DNA from: Candidatus Omnitrophota bacterium
GTDB taxonomy: Bacteria; Omnitrophota; Gorgyraeia; Gygaellales; Profunditerraquicolaceae
DNA: 64,000 nt
Assembly (NCBI GenBank): GCA_041663665.1
Contig: JBAYMG010000001.1
Location: forward strand, 65,482 to 129,481
Direction: 5' to 3'
The notes below the pieces were generated by a model. The model searched no databases. It saw nothing but the letters and a program-made list of their open reading frames with translations, and had not been told where the DNA came from. Within the stretch, counting starts at the first letter, position 1. The number at the start of each line of letters is the position of its first letter. This document shows positions 28,853 through 39,518 of this stretch, piece by piece. Both the position numbers and the translations under genes were made by a program.

Positions 28853-31800
28853 ATGTATTTTAAAAGATTAGAGCTGGTTGGTTTTAAATCGTTTTGCGAT
28901 AAGACCACACTTAATTTTGAACCGGGGATTACCGCTGTAGTCGGCCCTAACGGTTGCGGTAAGTCTAATATTTTTGATTCAATTCGCTGGGTGCTTGGAG
29001 AACAGTCGGCAAAATCACTGCGCGGCTCTGAAATGCTTGATGTTATCTTTAATGGTACGGATAGCAAAGAAGCATTAGGCATGGCCGAAGTAAGCCTGGC
29101 TTTTGACAATACCACCCATTTTTTTAATGTTGAGGCTCCGGAGGTATTAATTACCCGAAGGCTTTTTAGGTCCGGTGAAAGTGAATACATGTTGAATAAA
29201 GCCACGGTGCGGCTTAAGGATATCTTGGATTTATTGTTGGGCACAGGCATCGGGGCTGAAAGTTATTCGATTATTGCTCAAGGAAAGATTGATTTAGTTT
29301 TAAGTTCCCGTCCAGAAGACCGCAGAGTTGTTTTTGATGAGGCAAGCGGGATCAGTAAATATAAGGCTCAAAAAAGAGAGACTATGCGCAAGATGGAAGA
29401 GACTGAACAGAATCTCCTGCGCGTAAATGATATTGTTACTGAGGTTAAACGCCAGATCGGTTCTCTTGAGCGGCAAGCGAATAAGGCTCGCCGTTACAAG
29501 GAGGTTTTTGAGGAGTTAAAATTAAAAGAAACTGATTTGGCTTCGATTGATAAAAAGAATCTGCTTGAAGAAAAGAGCAAAGTAATCCTTCAGGCCGCAG
29601 ATTTAGGTAAAGATGAACTGGCTTTGTCAGAATTAATTGCCGCTCAAGAGGAAAGAATTGCTAATCGGCAAGGTGAGTTAAAAAGCTTAGAAGAGCAGAT
29701 GATGAGCTGCCGCAGTGAAATGCTTGAATTGGAGAATAGTTTAGTGCGTAATAACGAGCATATTAATTTTAACCAACAGAGCATTGGTGAATTAATTCAG
29801 AATAAGGAAGTTTTAGAGGGGCAGATCGGCCAGGCAAAGTTAAAACTTGAGCAGGACGAAGAAAAATTAAAGCAAGTGCGTGATGAATATGCAAACCTTA
29901 AGCAAAACATGGAAGGTAAGCAGGCTATTCTTACGCAAAAAGAAGATGAGATTAATAAGCTTGGCGTTTGTATAAAAAATTCTTTGGAAAGTATTGCCGA
30001 AAGCAAGAAAATGATCTTAGAGTTTGAAACTACAATTGCCAGGACGAACAACGATATCGGGGATTTTAATTCTAAGTTGCAGGTTTTTCTTGCACGCAAG
30101 AAACGATTGGAAATTGAGAAAGCCAAAGTTTATGAAGAGAAAGTAATCACCGAAGATGCTTTGGGTAAAATTACACAGGAGTTAGCCAGCATCCGGGCGT
30201 TTGTTGATGAGTTTAGGCAGAAGATTGCGGGGGTTAAAACCAGCCTTGAGCAGGAAGGCTTAAACCTGAATGCAATCAATAGAGAAATTGTTGACTTAGA
30301 AAATGAGAAATTAACTTTAGTTTCGCACAAAGAGTTTTTGGAGAAATTAAAAAATAAGTATGATGATATTGGCGAGTCATTGAATGCGGTAATCTATTTG
30401 GATAAAATGCCGCAAGAGAGCTTGACCGGACTGGTAGTAAAAATCAATAGCCAAAGCCAGCAGAATCAGGAGTCAACAAATGAAACAACTTTTAAAATAA
30501 CCGGAGAGGCTAAGCCGATTGAATTAAATACTCAGAAAATTGATGAAAAAATCTTAAAATTAGAAGAAAGCCTTGCTGAGTTGAGAAACAGGCTGGTGTT
30601 ACGCCAAAGCTGTGTTGCGGAATTAAATAAAATGTCGGTTCAGCTGGAGCAGGAGCTGCGTAATCACGAAATTGCTTTAGCCAATAAAGAATCCAGCTAT
30701 GGAGCAATTAAGGAACAGTTCGATAAAATTAAGGAAGAAGAAGATGTTATTGTCATGGAGCTCTCAGATGTGGAGCGTGAAGTTACTACGATTGGCCAGA
30801 ATTTGACTAATGCTCAGATTCAGCTGTCGGCTTTAAAGAGTCAGGAAAGGCAAAAACAAGACTTAATCGGACAAGAGGAAGATGCTATATTGCTGAATAG
30901 CAAGGCGCGCGAGGTGGTCTTAGTTCTTATCACGCAAACTAAGACTGAGATTGATGCTTTAAACAGGCGCTTTACTTCTGATGCGCAAACTTTAAAGATT
31001 TTAGAGCAAACTTATGCTCAGGATAAGGACAGCCTGGAAAATATTATCCGGCAAATTACTGAATCAGAAAATCGCCAGGAGATTTTGAAAACCGAGATTA
31101 CTGAAGCCGGTAACGCAATTAAAGAAACAGAAATACAGATTGCGCAGAAGAAAGTTGTTCTTGAAGAAGTTGGTTTTAAATATAATGAAGTTTCAAGCGG
31201 AACTGTGGGGGTAGCTAAAAAAATTGAAACTGACCGCAAGCAGTTAGATACAATTAAAAAACGTTTGCACGATTTAGCGATGTTGGATAAGGATTTAGAT
31301 TACCGTTATACGACAATCAGAGACAGAATGGCTTCAGCCTATAAGATTGATTTGGATCAATTGCCGGAGGCGAACATTGAATTAGACTCTCAGGCAGTTG
31401 CGGGTGAAATTAGCGAATTAAAAAGAAAATTAGATTCTTATGGTTCGGTTAATTTAGTGGCCATCGAAGAGTATGATGAATTAAAGAAGCGTTATGATTT
31501 TCTTATCCAGCAGCAGGATGATTTGGCTGGGGCTAAGGAATCTTTGCATCAGGCAATTTTAAAAATTAACCGCACGACGAAGCAGATGTTTATGGATACA
31601 TTTGAAAAAGTAAAGGTGGAATTCAAAAATTATTTCCGTTTGCTTTTTAACGGCGGAGATGCTCAGCTTTTCTTACTGGATGAGAATGATCCGCTTGAGT
31701 CGGGAATTGAGATTATCTGCCGGCCTCCGGGGAAGAAATTGCAGAACGTGCTTTTGCTAAGCGGCGGTGAAAAAACTATGTCGGCGATTGCTTTAATTTT

Positions 31801-32074
31801 TGCAATTTTTAAAGTCAAGCCTTCGCCTTTCTGTATTTTGGATGAAATTGACGCAGCTCTTGATGAGGCTAATGTTGATAGATTTTCAAGGGTATTGCAG
31901 GAGTTTTCCAAGACTTCGCAATTTATTGTGATTACGCATAATAAGAAGACTATTGTTAACGCCAGTATCATGTATGGCATTACTATGGAGCAGTCGGGAG
32001 TTTCTAAGATTGTTTCCGTAAAATTATCGCAGAATAAAGAAGTTCAGAAGGAACCAGAAGAGGTTGCGGCTTAA
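28853..32074 (+). CDS. smc: SMC-family chromosome segregation ATPase, apparently lacking a canonical hinge domain
   Basis: N-terminal Walker A (VVGPNGCGKSN), FDEASGISKYK, and C-terminal LSGGEKTMSAIALIFAI plus ILDEIDAALD. 1073 aa. The central region shows no GRATFLPL or Gly-rich hinge motifs. Confidence 0.8.
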   Translation: MYFKRLELVGFKSFCDKTTLNFEPGITAVVGPNGCGKSNIFDSIRWVLGEQSAKSLRGSEMLDVIFNGTDSKEALGMAEVSLAFDNTTHFFNVEAPEVLITRRLFRSGESEYMLNKATVRLKDILDLLLGTGIGAESYSIIAQGKIDLVLSSRPEDRRVVFDEASGISKYKAQKRETMRKMEETEQNLLRVNDIVTEVKRQIGSLERQANKARRYKEVFEELKLKETDLASIDKKNLLEEKSKVILQAADLGKDELALSELIAAQEERIANRQGELKSLEEQMMSCRSEMLELENSLVRNNEHINFNQQSIGELIQNKEVLEGQIGQAKLKLEQDEEKLKQVRDEYANLKQNMEGKQAILTQKEDEINKLGVCIKNSLESIAESKKMILEFETTIARTNNDIGDFNSKLQVFLARKKRLEIEKAKVYEEKVITEDALGKITQELASIRAFVDEFRQKIAGVKTSLEQEGLNLNAINREIVDLENEKLTLVSHKEFLEKLKNKYDDIGESLNAVIYLDKMPQESLTGLVVKINSQSQQNQESTNETTFKITGEAKPIELNTQKIDEKILKLEESLAELRNRLVLRQSCVAELNKMSVQLEQELRNHEIALANKESSYGAIKEQFDKIKEEEDVIVMELSDVEREVTTIGQNLTNAQIQLSALKSQERQKQDLIGQEEDAILLNSKAREVVLVLITQTKTEIDALNRRFTSDAQTLKILEQTYAQDKDSLENIIRQITESENRQEILKTEITEAGNAIKETEIQIAQKKVVLEEVGFKYNEVSSGTVGVAKKIETDRKQLDTIKKRLHDLAMLDKDLDYRYTTIRDRMASAYKIDLDQLPEANIELDSQAVAGEISELKRKLDSYGSVNLVAIEEYDELKKRYDFLIQQQDDLAGAKESLHQAILKINRTTKQMFMDTFEKVKVEFKNYFRLLFNGGDAQLFLLDENDPLESGIEIICRPPGKKLQNVLLLSGGEKTMSAIALIFAIFKVKPSPFCILDEIDAALDEANVDRFSRVLQEFSKTSQFIVITHNKKTIVNASIMYGITMEQSGVSKIVSVKLSQNKEVQKEPEEVAA

Positions 32075-32083
32075 AAATATATT

Positions 32084-33268
32084 TTAAGAACTGCAGCAGA
32101 TATTTTTTCCCTGGTTTTTTGCTTGGTAGAGCGATTTATCTGATGAGGTAATTAAATCTGCAGGAAGCTGTCCATTCTCAGGGTAAGTAGCAATTCCTAA
32201 GCTTGCCGTTAGCATCTTATTCGGAAAAATATTTTCATTTAAGAAGGGGTATTTTTGAATATCCATTCTTATGCGGTTAGCGATTAAAAGTGCCTCTTTC
32301 TTATCGGTATGGGGAAGAATGATTGTAAATTCTTCACCGCCGTATCGGCAAACAAGATCCATTTTGCGTGATTGATTGCGTAAGAGTATAGCCAAATCTT
32401 TAAGTATTTTATCTCCAGCCTGATGCCCCAATGTATCGTTGTAAATTTTAAAGTCATCAATATCAATCATAACTAAACTAAGGCTGCTTTTGTTGGCTTT
32501 GGCTTTTTCCATTTCCGATTGCAGTAGATATTGAAAATATCCGTGGTTCCAGAGATTGGTTAAGTAATCTGAGTGCGCGCGTTCTACGGTTAATTCAAAT
32601 AATTGGGAATTTTCAATTGCTAAACCCGCCTGGTTAGCCAGCATGGTAAGCATGCGGATATCATCTTTAGTGATTGGATCGTTAGTAATAAAGTTGTCAG
32701 CGACGATAATTCCATTTACTTTGTCTTTTGCCTTTAAAGGTATCAGCACAAGTTCTTTACTTTTTAACATCTGTATTTCCGGAGAATTACGGTATTTGTC
32801 AAGTATCGGCCCGGTTAAATGCAGGGGCATACCTTCTAATACTGCCAGAGATAGCGGGTTTTGGTCCCGGTCAAGCAGGGAAACCTTTAGATTCCTTACC
32901 TGGCGGTTAAAACCTGAGCCCAATATCGGGTCAGAGTTTTTGAAGACATTAATCAAGTCTTCTAAGCCCATCTTTTCATCTTCGATTTTAGTCCAGGCGA
33001 TGTTAGCTTCTTCTCCGTTTTCCGGCCCAATACCCATTTTCCCTTCAATGATATTTTCTTTTTCGTTAATTAAGAAAAGCATAGCTCGGTTAAAGCCTAA
33101 GCCGGTATGTGCAGTTACTCCGGTTAAGATGATGTAGAGGATCTCATCTAGTTTTAAAGTCGTGCGCATGGCATTGGATATCTCATGGAGAATCCTTAGT
33201 TCAACTTTAGTGCGTTCAAGTTCGGTTTTTAATTTAATTATCTCTTCCATATTGGTTAAATCTAACAT
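32084..33268 (-). CDS. GAF-domain diguanylate cyclase (GGDEF, active-site GGEEF)
   Basis: 394 aa on the minus strand. The RYGGEEF motif and a GAF-like N-terminal region. Confidence 0.85.
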   Translation of the reverse strand: MLDLTNMEEIIKLKTELERTKVELRILHEISNAMRTTLKLDEILYIILTGVTAHTGLGFNRAMLFLINEKENIIEGKMGIGPENGEEANIAWTKIEDEKMGLEDLINVFKNSDPILGSGFNRQVRNLKVSLLDRDQNPLSLAVLEGMPLHLTGPILDKYRNSPEIQMLKSKELVLIPLKAKDKVNGIIVADNFITNDPITKDDIRMLTMLANQAGLAIENSQLFELTVERAHSDYLTNLWNHGYFQYLLQSEMEKAKANKSSLSLVMIDIDDFKIYNDTLGHQAGDKILKDLAILLRNQSRKMDLVCRYGGEEFTIILPHTDKKEALLIANRIRMDIQKYPFLNENIFPNKMLTASLGIATYPENGQLPADLITSSDKSLYQAKNQGKNICCSS

Positions 33269-33402
33269 ATTTCCTTAGTAATGTCAAGGAAGGCTGGAGA
33301 GGGTGTTTAGTTCTTTTAATTTGCCTGTCAGATGGTTAAAATCCGGTTAGATTCTTCTGTTTTCTACGTCTATTGATATATAGAAAGGAGGGATTTTATT
33401 GT

Positions 33403-33431
33403 TTGACAGGGGAATTGGGTAAGGTTATAAT
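33403..33431 (+). promoter_or_regulatory. Perfect consensus sigma70 promoter (TTGACA-17-TATAAT) for recA
   Basis: ttgacaggggaattgggtaaggttataat, about 70 nt upstream of the recA ATG at 33502, which has the RBS aaggag. Confidence 0.65.
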
Positions 33432-33501
33432 ATTAAATCTTAAGCATTAAAAATTGATGTACTCAGATTTTTTACTAAATAAAAACAGAAGGAGTTTAAA
33501 A

Positions 33502-34563
33502 ATGGCAATTGATAAGAAACTACAATCAAGAGTCGAAATTCCGCCAAAGTCGGGTAAAGAAGAAGGAAAAGAGACATCTGATCGTCATAAGGCATTAGAA
33601 TTAGCGCTGGCGCAGATTGAGAAGCAGTTTGGCAAGGGTTCAATTATGAAGTTAGGCGCGCATACTAAAGCTAATGTGGAGGTTATTTCTACCGGCGCTC
33701 TTACTTTGGATCTGGCTTTAGGCATCGGCGGGCTTCCCCGGGGCAGGGTAGTTGAGATCTTTGGGCCAGAGGCTTCCGGAAAAACCACTTTGACTTTAAC
33801 GACAATCAGGGAGAATCAAAAAAAAGGCGGAGTAGCTGCTTTTATCGATGCCGAACATGCTTTCGATTCAACTTATGCTAAATTAATCGGGGTAAACCTG
33901 GATGACCTTTTAATTTCTCAGCCGGATACAGGTGAGCAGGCTTTAGAGATTACTGAAACTTTAGTGCGCTCCAATGCTGTAGATCTGGTAGTTATTGATT
34001 CCGTTGCGGCATTGACTCCTAGAGCGGAAATTGAAGGCGAGATGGGTGATTCGCATATGGGGCTTCAGGCGCGTTTGATGTCGCAAGCTTTGCGTAAGTT
34101 AACCGGCACAATTAGTAAATCGCGTACTACGGTAATTTTTATTAATCAGCTGCGTGAAAAAATCGGGGTTATGTTTGGGTCTCCGGAAACAACTCCCGGC
34201 GGAAGAGCGTTAAAATTTTATTCGTCGGTCAGGTTAGATGTGCGTAGGATTGCGTATCTCAAAGAAGGGGATAAAGTTATCGGTAATCATGTTAGGGTGA
34301 AAGTGGTAAAAAATAAAATTGCTCCGCCTTTTCGCGAGGCAGAGTTTGACATTTTACATAATGAAGGAATTGCCAAAACTGGAGCTGTAATTGATGCTGC
34401 GGTGAATTTAGAAGTAATTAGCAAAAGCGGAACCTGGCTTTCTTTTGAGGATAAAAAATTAGGGCAAGGCAGAGATGCAGCAATTAAATTCCTAAAAGAA
34501 AATCCTAAGTTACAGGATGATATTGAAAAGGCAGCGCGTAAAAAGTTCAGCCTCGCTGAATAG
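33502..34563 (+). CDS. recA: Recombinase RecA
   Basis: MAIDKK...[19 protein letters not shown]...[13 protein letters not shown]. Start chosen at the ATG preceded by aaggag. The ORF track's longer N-terminus (from 33454) is unlikely. Confidence 0.95.
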   Translation: MAIDKKLQSRVEIPPKSGKEEGKETSDRHKALELALAQIEKQFGKGSIMKLGAHTKANVEVISTGALTLDLALGIGGLPRGRVVEIFGPEASGKTTLTLTTIRENQKKGGVAAFIDAEHAFDSTYAKLIGVNLDDLLISQPDTGEQALEITETLVRSNAVDLVVIDSVAALTPRAEIEGEMGDSHMGLQARLMSQALRKLTGTISKSRTTVIFINQLREKIGVMFGSPETTPGGRALKFYSSVRLDVRRIAYLKEGDKVIGNHVRVKVVKNKIAPPFREAEFDILHNEGIAKTGAVIDAAVNLEVISKSGTWLSFEDKKLGQGRDAAIKFLKENPKLQDDIEKAARKKFSLAE

Positions 34564-35062
34564 GCTGGAGGACAATGGTTTGGCTTCCTTTAGCCAAAGT
34601 GCAGAAAAAGCTCGCGCGTACGCTTTTTTGTTGCTTAAATTTCGCTTGCGCAGTGAAAATGAACTTTTATCCAGGCTTAAACAAAAAGGTTTTTCTTTAG
34701 AGTTAAGCCGGAGCACGGTAAATTTCTTAAAAGATAAAGAATTTATCGATGACCGTGTTTTTGCTAAGAATTGGGTAGTCAGCCGGTTTAAGCGTTCGTA
34801 TGGTTTAAGAAGGATACAGCAAGAGTTAGTTGCTAAAGGGCTGGATAAAGGAATAATTGAGGATTCGCTATCGACTGCAAAAAAAGATTACAGTGAAAGC
34901 CAGGTAGTAAACCAATTAGCCCAACAGAGATTCTTAAGGCAAAAAGGAATAGATCCGCAGAAAGCAAAGGCGCGGGTTTATGGTTATTTATTGCGCCGAG
35001 GATTTTCTCCGGATGTGGTTAGCGAGGTAGTGAATAAAATAAATAGGAGCGTCCCCGATTAA
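34517..35062 (+). CDS. recX: Recombination regulator RecX
   Basis: Follows recA. Helical-repeat protein with RecX-like motifs. The annotated start overlaps the recA 3' end, and the real start may be a downstream non-ATG codon. Confidence 0.7.
   Translation: MILKRQRVKSSASLNRLEDNGLASFSQSAEKARAYAFLLLKFRLRSENELLSRLKQKGFSLELSRSTVNFLKDKEFIDDRVFAKNWVVSRFKRSYGLRRIQQELVAKGLDKGIIEDSLSTAKKDYSESQVVNQLAQQRFLRQKGIDPQKAKARVYGYLLRRGFSPDVVSEVVNKINRSVPD
35041..35060 (+). repeat. Copy of 20-nt dispersed motif AAATAGGAGCGTCCCCGATT (forms the 3' end of recX, 4 nt upstream of the alaS ATG)
   Basis: Exact 20-mer. Supplies the last codons and the stop of recX (N-R-S-V-P-D-stop). Confidence 0.8.
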
Positions 35063-35064
35063 AG

Positions 35065-37671
35065 ATGACAGCTGATGTTTTAAGGGAAAAATTTCTTGCA
35101 TTTTTTGAAGCCAAACAACATAAAATTATCGATAGTGATTCTTTGGTCCCTAAAGATGATCCGACGGTGTTGTTTACTCCTGCCGGAATGAACCAATTTA
35201 AGAAAGAGTTTATGGGGTTTGATTCCGGTTATAAGCGCGCGGCAACCAGCCAACGTTGCCTGCGTACGGATGATTTGGATAAGGTTGGTAAGACCAGCTC
35301 CCACCATACTTTTTTTGAGATGCTGGGAAATTTTTCTTTTGGAGATTATTTTAAAGAGGATGCGATTGCCTGGGCCTGGGAATTCTTAATTCAAGAATTA
35401 AAGATTGATCCGAAAAAGTTAAGTATTTCGGTTTATCAGGACGATGTTGAGGCTTATTCGATTTGGAAAGATAAAATAAAAATACCTCAGGAAAAAATTG
35501 TTAAATTAGGGGATAAAGATAATTTTTGGCCGGCTGAGGCAAAGGCCAAAGGCCCAAACGGCCCCTGCGGGCCATGTTCGGAAATTTTTTATGATTTTGG
35601 ACCGGATACCGGTTGCGGAGAAAAAAGCTGCGACCCGTCATGCTCCTGCGGAAGATTTGTTGAGATATGGAATTTGGTTTTTACGCAGTTTAATCGCAAA
35701 GAAGACGGCTCCTTAGAACCTCTACCGAATAAGAATATTGATACTGGAATGGGCTTAGAGAGATTAACTGCGGTGATGCAGGGTAAAAAGAATAATTTCC
35801 AAACAGAATTATTCCAGCCGTTAATCGAGGCGATTAAGGAAAAAATGCCTTCAGGGGTAGTTGCTGAACCGAAAATCCTTTATGCGATTAGCGACCATGT
35901 CAGGGCAGTAGTTTTTTCGATCTACGACGGCATTTCTCCGTCTAATGAGGGGCGGGGGTATATCGTTAGAAAGATTATCCGTAAAAGTGTTTCGCATTTG
36001 AGAAATTTGGGAATAAATGAGCCGTTTTTAAGTAAGTTAACTGAGTTGGTTACTCAGATTATGCATAAGCCTTATCCTGATTTATCGGCTAGATATGCAG
36101 ATATCGCTCAAGTAATTTACAATGAAGAGAAAAATTTTATCCAGACATTAAATGAGGCGCCGGTTATTTATAAAACAGTATTTGCCGCATATGATTCGAC
36201 AAAAGCGCAGAATGAATCGATGCAGAGAGAAGTCAGTAAAGCAGTTTTCACTCTTTATGATACTCACGGGATTCCTTTAGAGTTAACTAAAAGCTGGCTT
36301 GATGGCTCAGGGCTAAAATATGATCAAGCAATTATTGATGCAGAGCTTAATCTTCAGAAAGATCGTTCCCGGGCACATAGCCAGATGAAAGGTGATGTTT
36401 TTGATGCCAAAGGTTTGAGTGTAAAATTAAATCAGACAAAATTTGTCGGTTATCAGGAATCAGCTTGTCAGGCAAAAATTTTAGCGGTCTTAAAAAATAG
36501 CCAGGAGGTAAGCCAGGCTCAAGCAGGAGAAGATTTGCAGATTGTTTTAGATCAGACTCCGTTTTACGCCGAATCCGGCGGCCAAGTTGGCGATACCGGT
36601 GAATTGGTTAATGGCGAGAATATTTTTGAAGTTTTAGATACCCAAAAAATCGATAATGTTTTTTTGCATGTTGGTAAAATTAAATCCGGTGTTTTAAAAA
36701 AAACCGATACTGTAACTGCTAAAATAGATAGAGAGCGCAGGTTAAATATTGCGCGGAATCATACCGCAACACATATATTGCAGGCAGCTTTAAGGCAGGT
36801 TTTGGGGAATCATGTTGGCCAACAGGGTTCTTTGGTTTCCGATAATAAATTTCGTTTTGATTTTACTCACTTTAGAGGTTTAACCAAAGATGAATTAAGC
36901 CGGATTGAAGAGTTAGTTAATAATTTTATCTCTTTTGATTGCGCGGTAGATAGCCAAGAGATGGCATTAAGAGATGCTAAAAAGGCAGGGGCTTTGGCTT
37001 TTTTTGAAGAAAAGTATGGAGAGATTGTCCGCGTGGTTGCTGTCGGGGATATCTCAAAAGAATTATGCGGCGGTACGCATTTAAATGACCTTAAAGCTAT
37101 TGGTTTAATAAAAATAATTAGTGAAAGCTCGGTAGCTAGTGGTATACGCAGAATTGAAGGAGTTACTGCTAAATTTGCCGAACAGTTTATTAAAGAACAG
37201 GAACAAAAGGCGGCTTTAGAATCTCAAAAAAGAAATAAACTTGAAGAGCAGAAAGAATTACAAAAAAAGCGCAATGCAGAGATAAGCAGTCTTTTGCCGG
37301 ATAGATCGCTTAAATTAATAAATGCCAGTATTAAACTTGGCAGTATAAGTACTGTTTTTTCTGTTGAAGACAATTTAGACGTGCAGGCATTACGCAAGCT
37401 CGCAGATCTGATTAAAATTAAGTTAAGCCAAGCAGTGATTGTTTTGGGTTCTAAGGATCAGATTGAGAAGAAAGTTTCATTAGTTATTGCCATCTCTCAA
37501 GATTTATTGCCTAAAGGTTTAGACGCAGGAGTATTAGTCCGCCAAATTGCTCCGCTTATTGGGGGTTCAGGTGGCGGCAGGAAAGACTTTGCTCAGGCAG
37601 GGGGAACGAATCCTGATAATTTAACGCTGGCATTTGATAAATTAAGAGATATAATAAATAAATTACAATGA
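35065..37671 (+). CDS. alaS: Alanine--tRNA ligase
   Basis: 868 aa. Class II aaRS motifs (FTPAGMNQFK), the editing-domain HxxxH/CGGTH motif and a C-terminal DHHA1 domain. Confidence 0.95.
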   Translation: MTADVLREKFLAFFEAKQHKIIDSDSLVPKDDPTVLFTPAGMNQFKKEFMGFDSGYKRAATSQRCLRTDDLDKVGKTSSHHTFFEMLGNFSFGDYFKEDAIAWAWEFLIQELKIDPKKLSISVYQDDVEAYSIWKDKIKIPQEKIVKLGDKDNFWPAEAKAKGPNGPCGPCSEIFYDFGPDTGCGEKSCDPSCSCGRFVEIWNLVFTQFNRKEDGSLEPLPNKNIDTGMGLERLTAVMQGKKNNFQTELFQPLIEAIKEKMPSGVVAEPKILYAISDHVRAVVFSIYDGISPSNEGRGYIVRKIIRKSVSHLRNLGINEPFLSKLTELVTQIMHKPYPDLSARYADIAQVIYNEEKNFIQTLNEAPVIYKTVFAAYDSTKAQNESMQREVSKAVFTLYDTHGIPLELTKSWLDGSGLKYDQAIIDAELNLQKDRSRAHSQMKGDVFDAKGLSVKLNQTKFVGYQESACQAKILAVLKNSQEVSQAQAGEDLQIVLDQTPFYAESGGQVGDTGELVNGENIFEVLDTQKIDNVFLHVGKIKSGVLKKTDTVTAKIDRERRLNIARNHTATHILQAALRQVLGNHVGQQGSLVSDNKFRFDFTHFRGLTKDELSRIEELVNNFISFDCAVDSQEMALRDAKKAGALAFFEEKYGEIVRVVAVGDISKELCGGTHLNDLKAIGLIKIISESSVASGIRRIEGVTAKFAEQFIKEQEQKAALESQKRNKLEEQKELQKKRNAEISSLLPDRSLKLINASIKLGSISTVFSVEDNLDVQALRKLADLIKIKLSQAVIVLGSKDQIEKKVSLVIAISQDLLPKGLDAGVLVRQIAPLIGGSGGGRKDFAQAGGTNPDNLTLAFDKLRDIINKLQ

Positions 37672-38894
37672 AAATAATTCGTTTTACGAGTAAAAAATTA
37701 GAGAAGATTTACAATCGCGGAGCGTTGCGCCAGGTCCGGGTTGAAGAAAAGGTCCGCGAGATTGTTAATGATGTGCGGCTTTTTGGCGACGAAGCTTTGA
37801 TTAAGTTTACCCGTAAGTTTGATAAGGTTAAGTTAAATACCCGGCAATTAAAAGTTTCTCAGATTGAGATTGGCGGAGCTTATGCTAATATCAGCCCGCA
37901 TTTTGTCAGTTCTTTAAAAATAATTATTGAAAATGTAAATAGATTTTACCGTAAGCAGCTGCGTAAATCCTGGAAGATAAAAGGCCCGGAGGGAGTGGTG
38001 CTAGGTGAAAATTATATTCCGCTAGACCGGGTCGGGGTTTACATTCCTGCCGGGACTGCGCCGCTTGTTTCCACGGTTTACATGACGGTTTTACCGGCTA
38101 AGCTTGCGGGGGTAAAAAAAATTGTTTTAATCAGCCCTCCGGATAAAAACGGGCACATTAATCCGCATATTTTAGTCGTTGCGGATTTATTGAAAGTTGA
38201 TGAGATTTACCGGGTTGGCGGCGCGCAGGGGATTGCAGCTTTAGCTTATGGCACAAAGACTCTTCCTAGGGTGGATAAGATTGTCGGGCCGGGGAATATT
38301 TATGTCAGCGAGGCAAAACGGCAGGTTTTCGGTACTGTTGATATTGATATGATTGCCGGGCCTACGGAATTGGTAATTATTGCTAATCGTTTTAGCGATC
38401 CGAAATTTATTATTGCTGATTTGCGTGCGCAGGCTGAGCATGCCAAAGGATTGGCAATATTAATTACTAATTCGAAGAGCTTAGCTAAAGAAGTCAAATC
38501 TCAGCTAGATGGAGATAACGGTTATATTATTTTAACTAAGAATTTAGACCAGGCTTGTGAAATAGCTAATAAGATTGCTCCGGAGCATTTAGAGATTTTG
38601 GTGCAAAATCCAAAGGCATTAGTTAAAAATATAAAAAATGCCGGAGCGATATTTTTAGGCCCCTATAGCCCGGTGGCTTTGGGTGATTATGTTGCCGGGC
38701 CAAGCCATGTCCTGCCTACCCTGGGAACAGCTAGATTTTTTTCGGGTTTGAATGTAACCGATTTTATTAAAAGCAGCCACATTATCAGTTATTCCAAAAA
38801 GGCGCTTGAGAAAATTCGGGAGCCTTTAGAAAAAATTGCCGGTATTGAAGGCTTACAAAAACACGTAGATTCGGTGAAGAGCAGGTTTTTATAA
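37668..38894 (+). CDS. hisD: Histidinol dehydrogenase
   Basis: 408 aa. Conserved GPGNIYV and AGPSHVLPT motifs. Confidence 0.9.
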   Translation: MKIIRFTSKKLEKIYNRGALRQVRVEEKVREIVNDVRLFGDEALIKFTRKFDKVKLNTRQLKVSQIEIGGAYANISPHFVSSLKIIIENVNRFYRKQLRKSWKIKGPEGVVLGENYIPLDRVGVYIPAGTAPLVSTVYMTVLPAKLAGVKKIVLISPPDKNGHINPHILVVADLLKVDEIYRVGGAQGIAALAYGTKTLPRVDKIVGPGNIYVSEAKRQVFGTVDIDMIAGPTELVIIANRFSDPKFIIADLRAQAEHAKGLAILITNSKSLAKEVKSQLDGDNGYIILTKNLDQACEIANKIAPEHLEILVQNPKALVKNIKNAGAIFLGPYSPVALGDYVAGPSHVLPTLGTARFFSGLNVTDFIKSSHIISYSKKALEKIREPLEKIAGIEGLQKHVDSVKSRFL

Positions 38895-38906
38895 CGGGGA
38901 AAATTA

Positions 38907-39518
38907 ATGAAAAAAAGAACATCAACTATAAAAAGAAAAACTAAAGAAACGCAGATTAGCGTAAGGTTAGTAATTGGCGGAGAAGGCAGGAGTAAGATTG
39001 ATACCGGAATCGGCATGCTGGATCACATGCTTGAGTTGTTCAGTTTTCACGGTTTATTTGATTTAGATGTTTCCGCTCGAGGCGATCTTAAGGTTGATAT
39101 TCACCATACCAATGAGGATGTCGGGATTGTTTTGGGGGATGCTTTTAAAAAAGCCCTGGGAGAGAAAAAGGGGATTAAGCGTTTTGGTTCTATTTCTGTG
39201 CCGATGGAAGATGTAGTAGCTAATGTAGTAATTGACATCAGCGGCCGGGGATTTTTTAACGGAATAAAAGCTCAAACAGGAAAATTACCGAAGATTGATA
39301 AAGATCAAGGATATTCGTTTGAATATGCCAATCATTTTTTTGAGGCATTTGCTAAAAGGCTAGGGATGAATTTGGATATTAGTGTCTGCAGTTTTAATCC
39401 TGACCTGCATACTAATTTAGAGCCTATTTTTAAGGCCCTGGGCATTGCCTTGGATCAGGCTACGGTGATTGACCCGCGCAGAAAAGGTATCCCCTCGACT
39501 AAAGGCGTTATTGACTAA
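38907..39518 (+). CDS. hisB: Imidazoleglycerol-phosphate dehydratase
   Basis: TKETQISV...GIGMLDHMLE...DIHHTNEDVGIVLG motifs. Confidence 0.9.
   Translation: MKKRTSTIKRKTKETQISVRLVIGGEGRSKIDTGIGMLDHMLELFSFHGLFDLDVSARGDLKVDIHHTNEDVGIVLGDAFKKALGEKKGIKRFGSISVPMEDVVANVVIDISGRGFFNGIKAQTGKLPKIDKDQGYSFEYANHFFEAFAKRLGMNLDISVCSFNPDLHTNLEPIFKALGIALDQATVIDPRRKGIPSTKGVID

Noticed and set aside
28837-29250. 137-aa minus-strand ORF overlapping the start of smc
   Set aside because: It lies entirely antisense to the strongly supported SMC N-terminal head domain and has no recognisable motifs. It is a typical spurious antisense ORF.
32070-32089. AT-only near-palindrome cttaaaaatatattttaag between convergent smc and GGDEF genes
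   Set aside because: Imperfect and entirely A/T. Too weak to call a bidirectional terminator.
32643-33137. 164-aa plus-strand ORF
   Set aside because: It lies antisense inside the well-supported GGDEF gene on the minus strand, has a low-complexity sequence and no RBS.
33269-33402. Searched for a LexA/SOS box upstream of recA
   Set aside because: No CTGT-N8-ACAG or GAAC-N4-GTTC-type palindrome is present. Only the consensus promoter is visible, so no operator is called.
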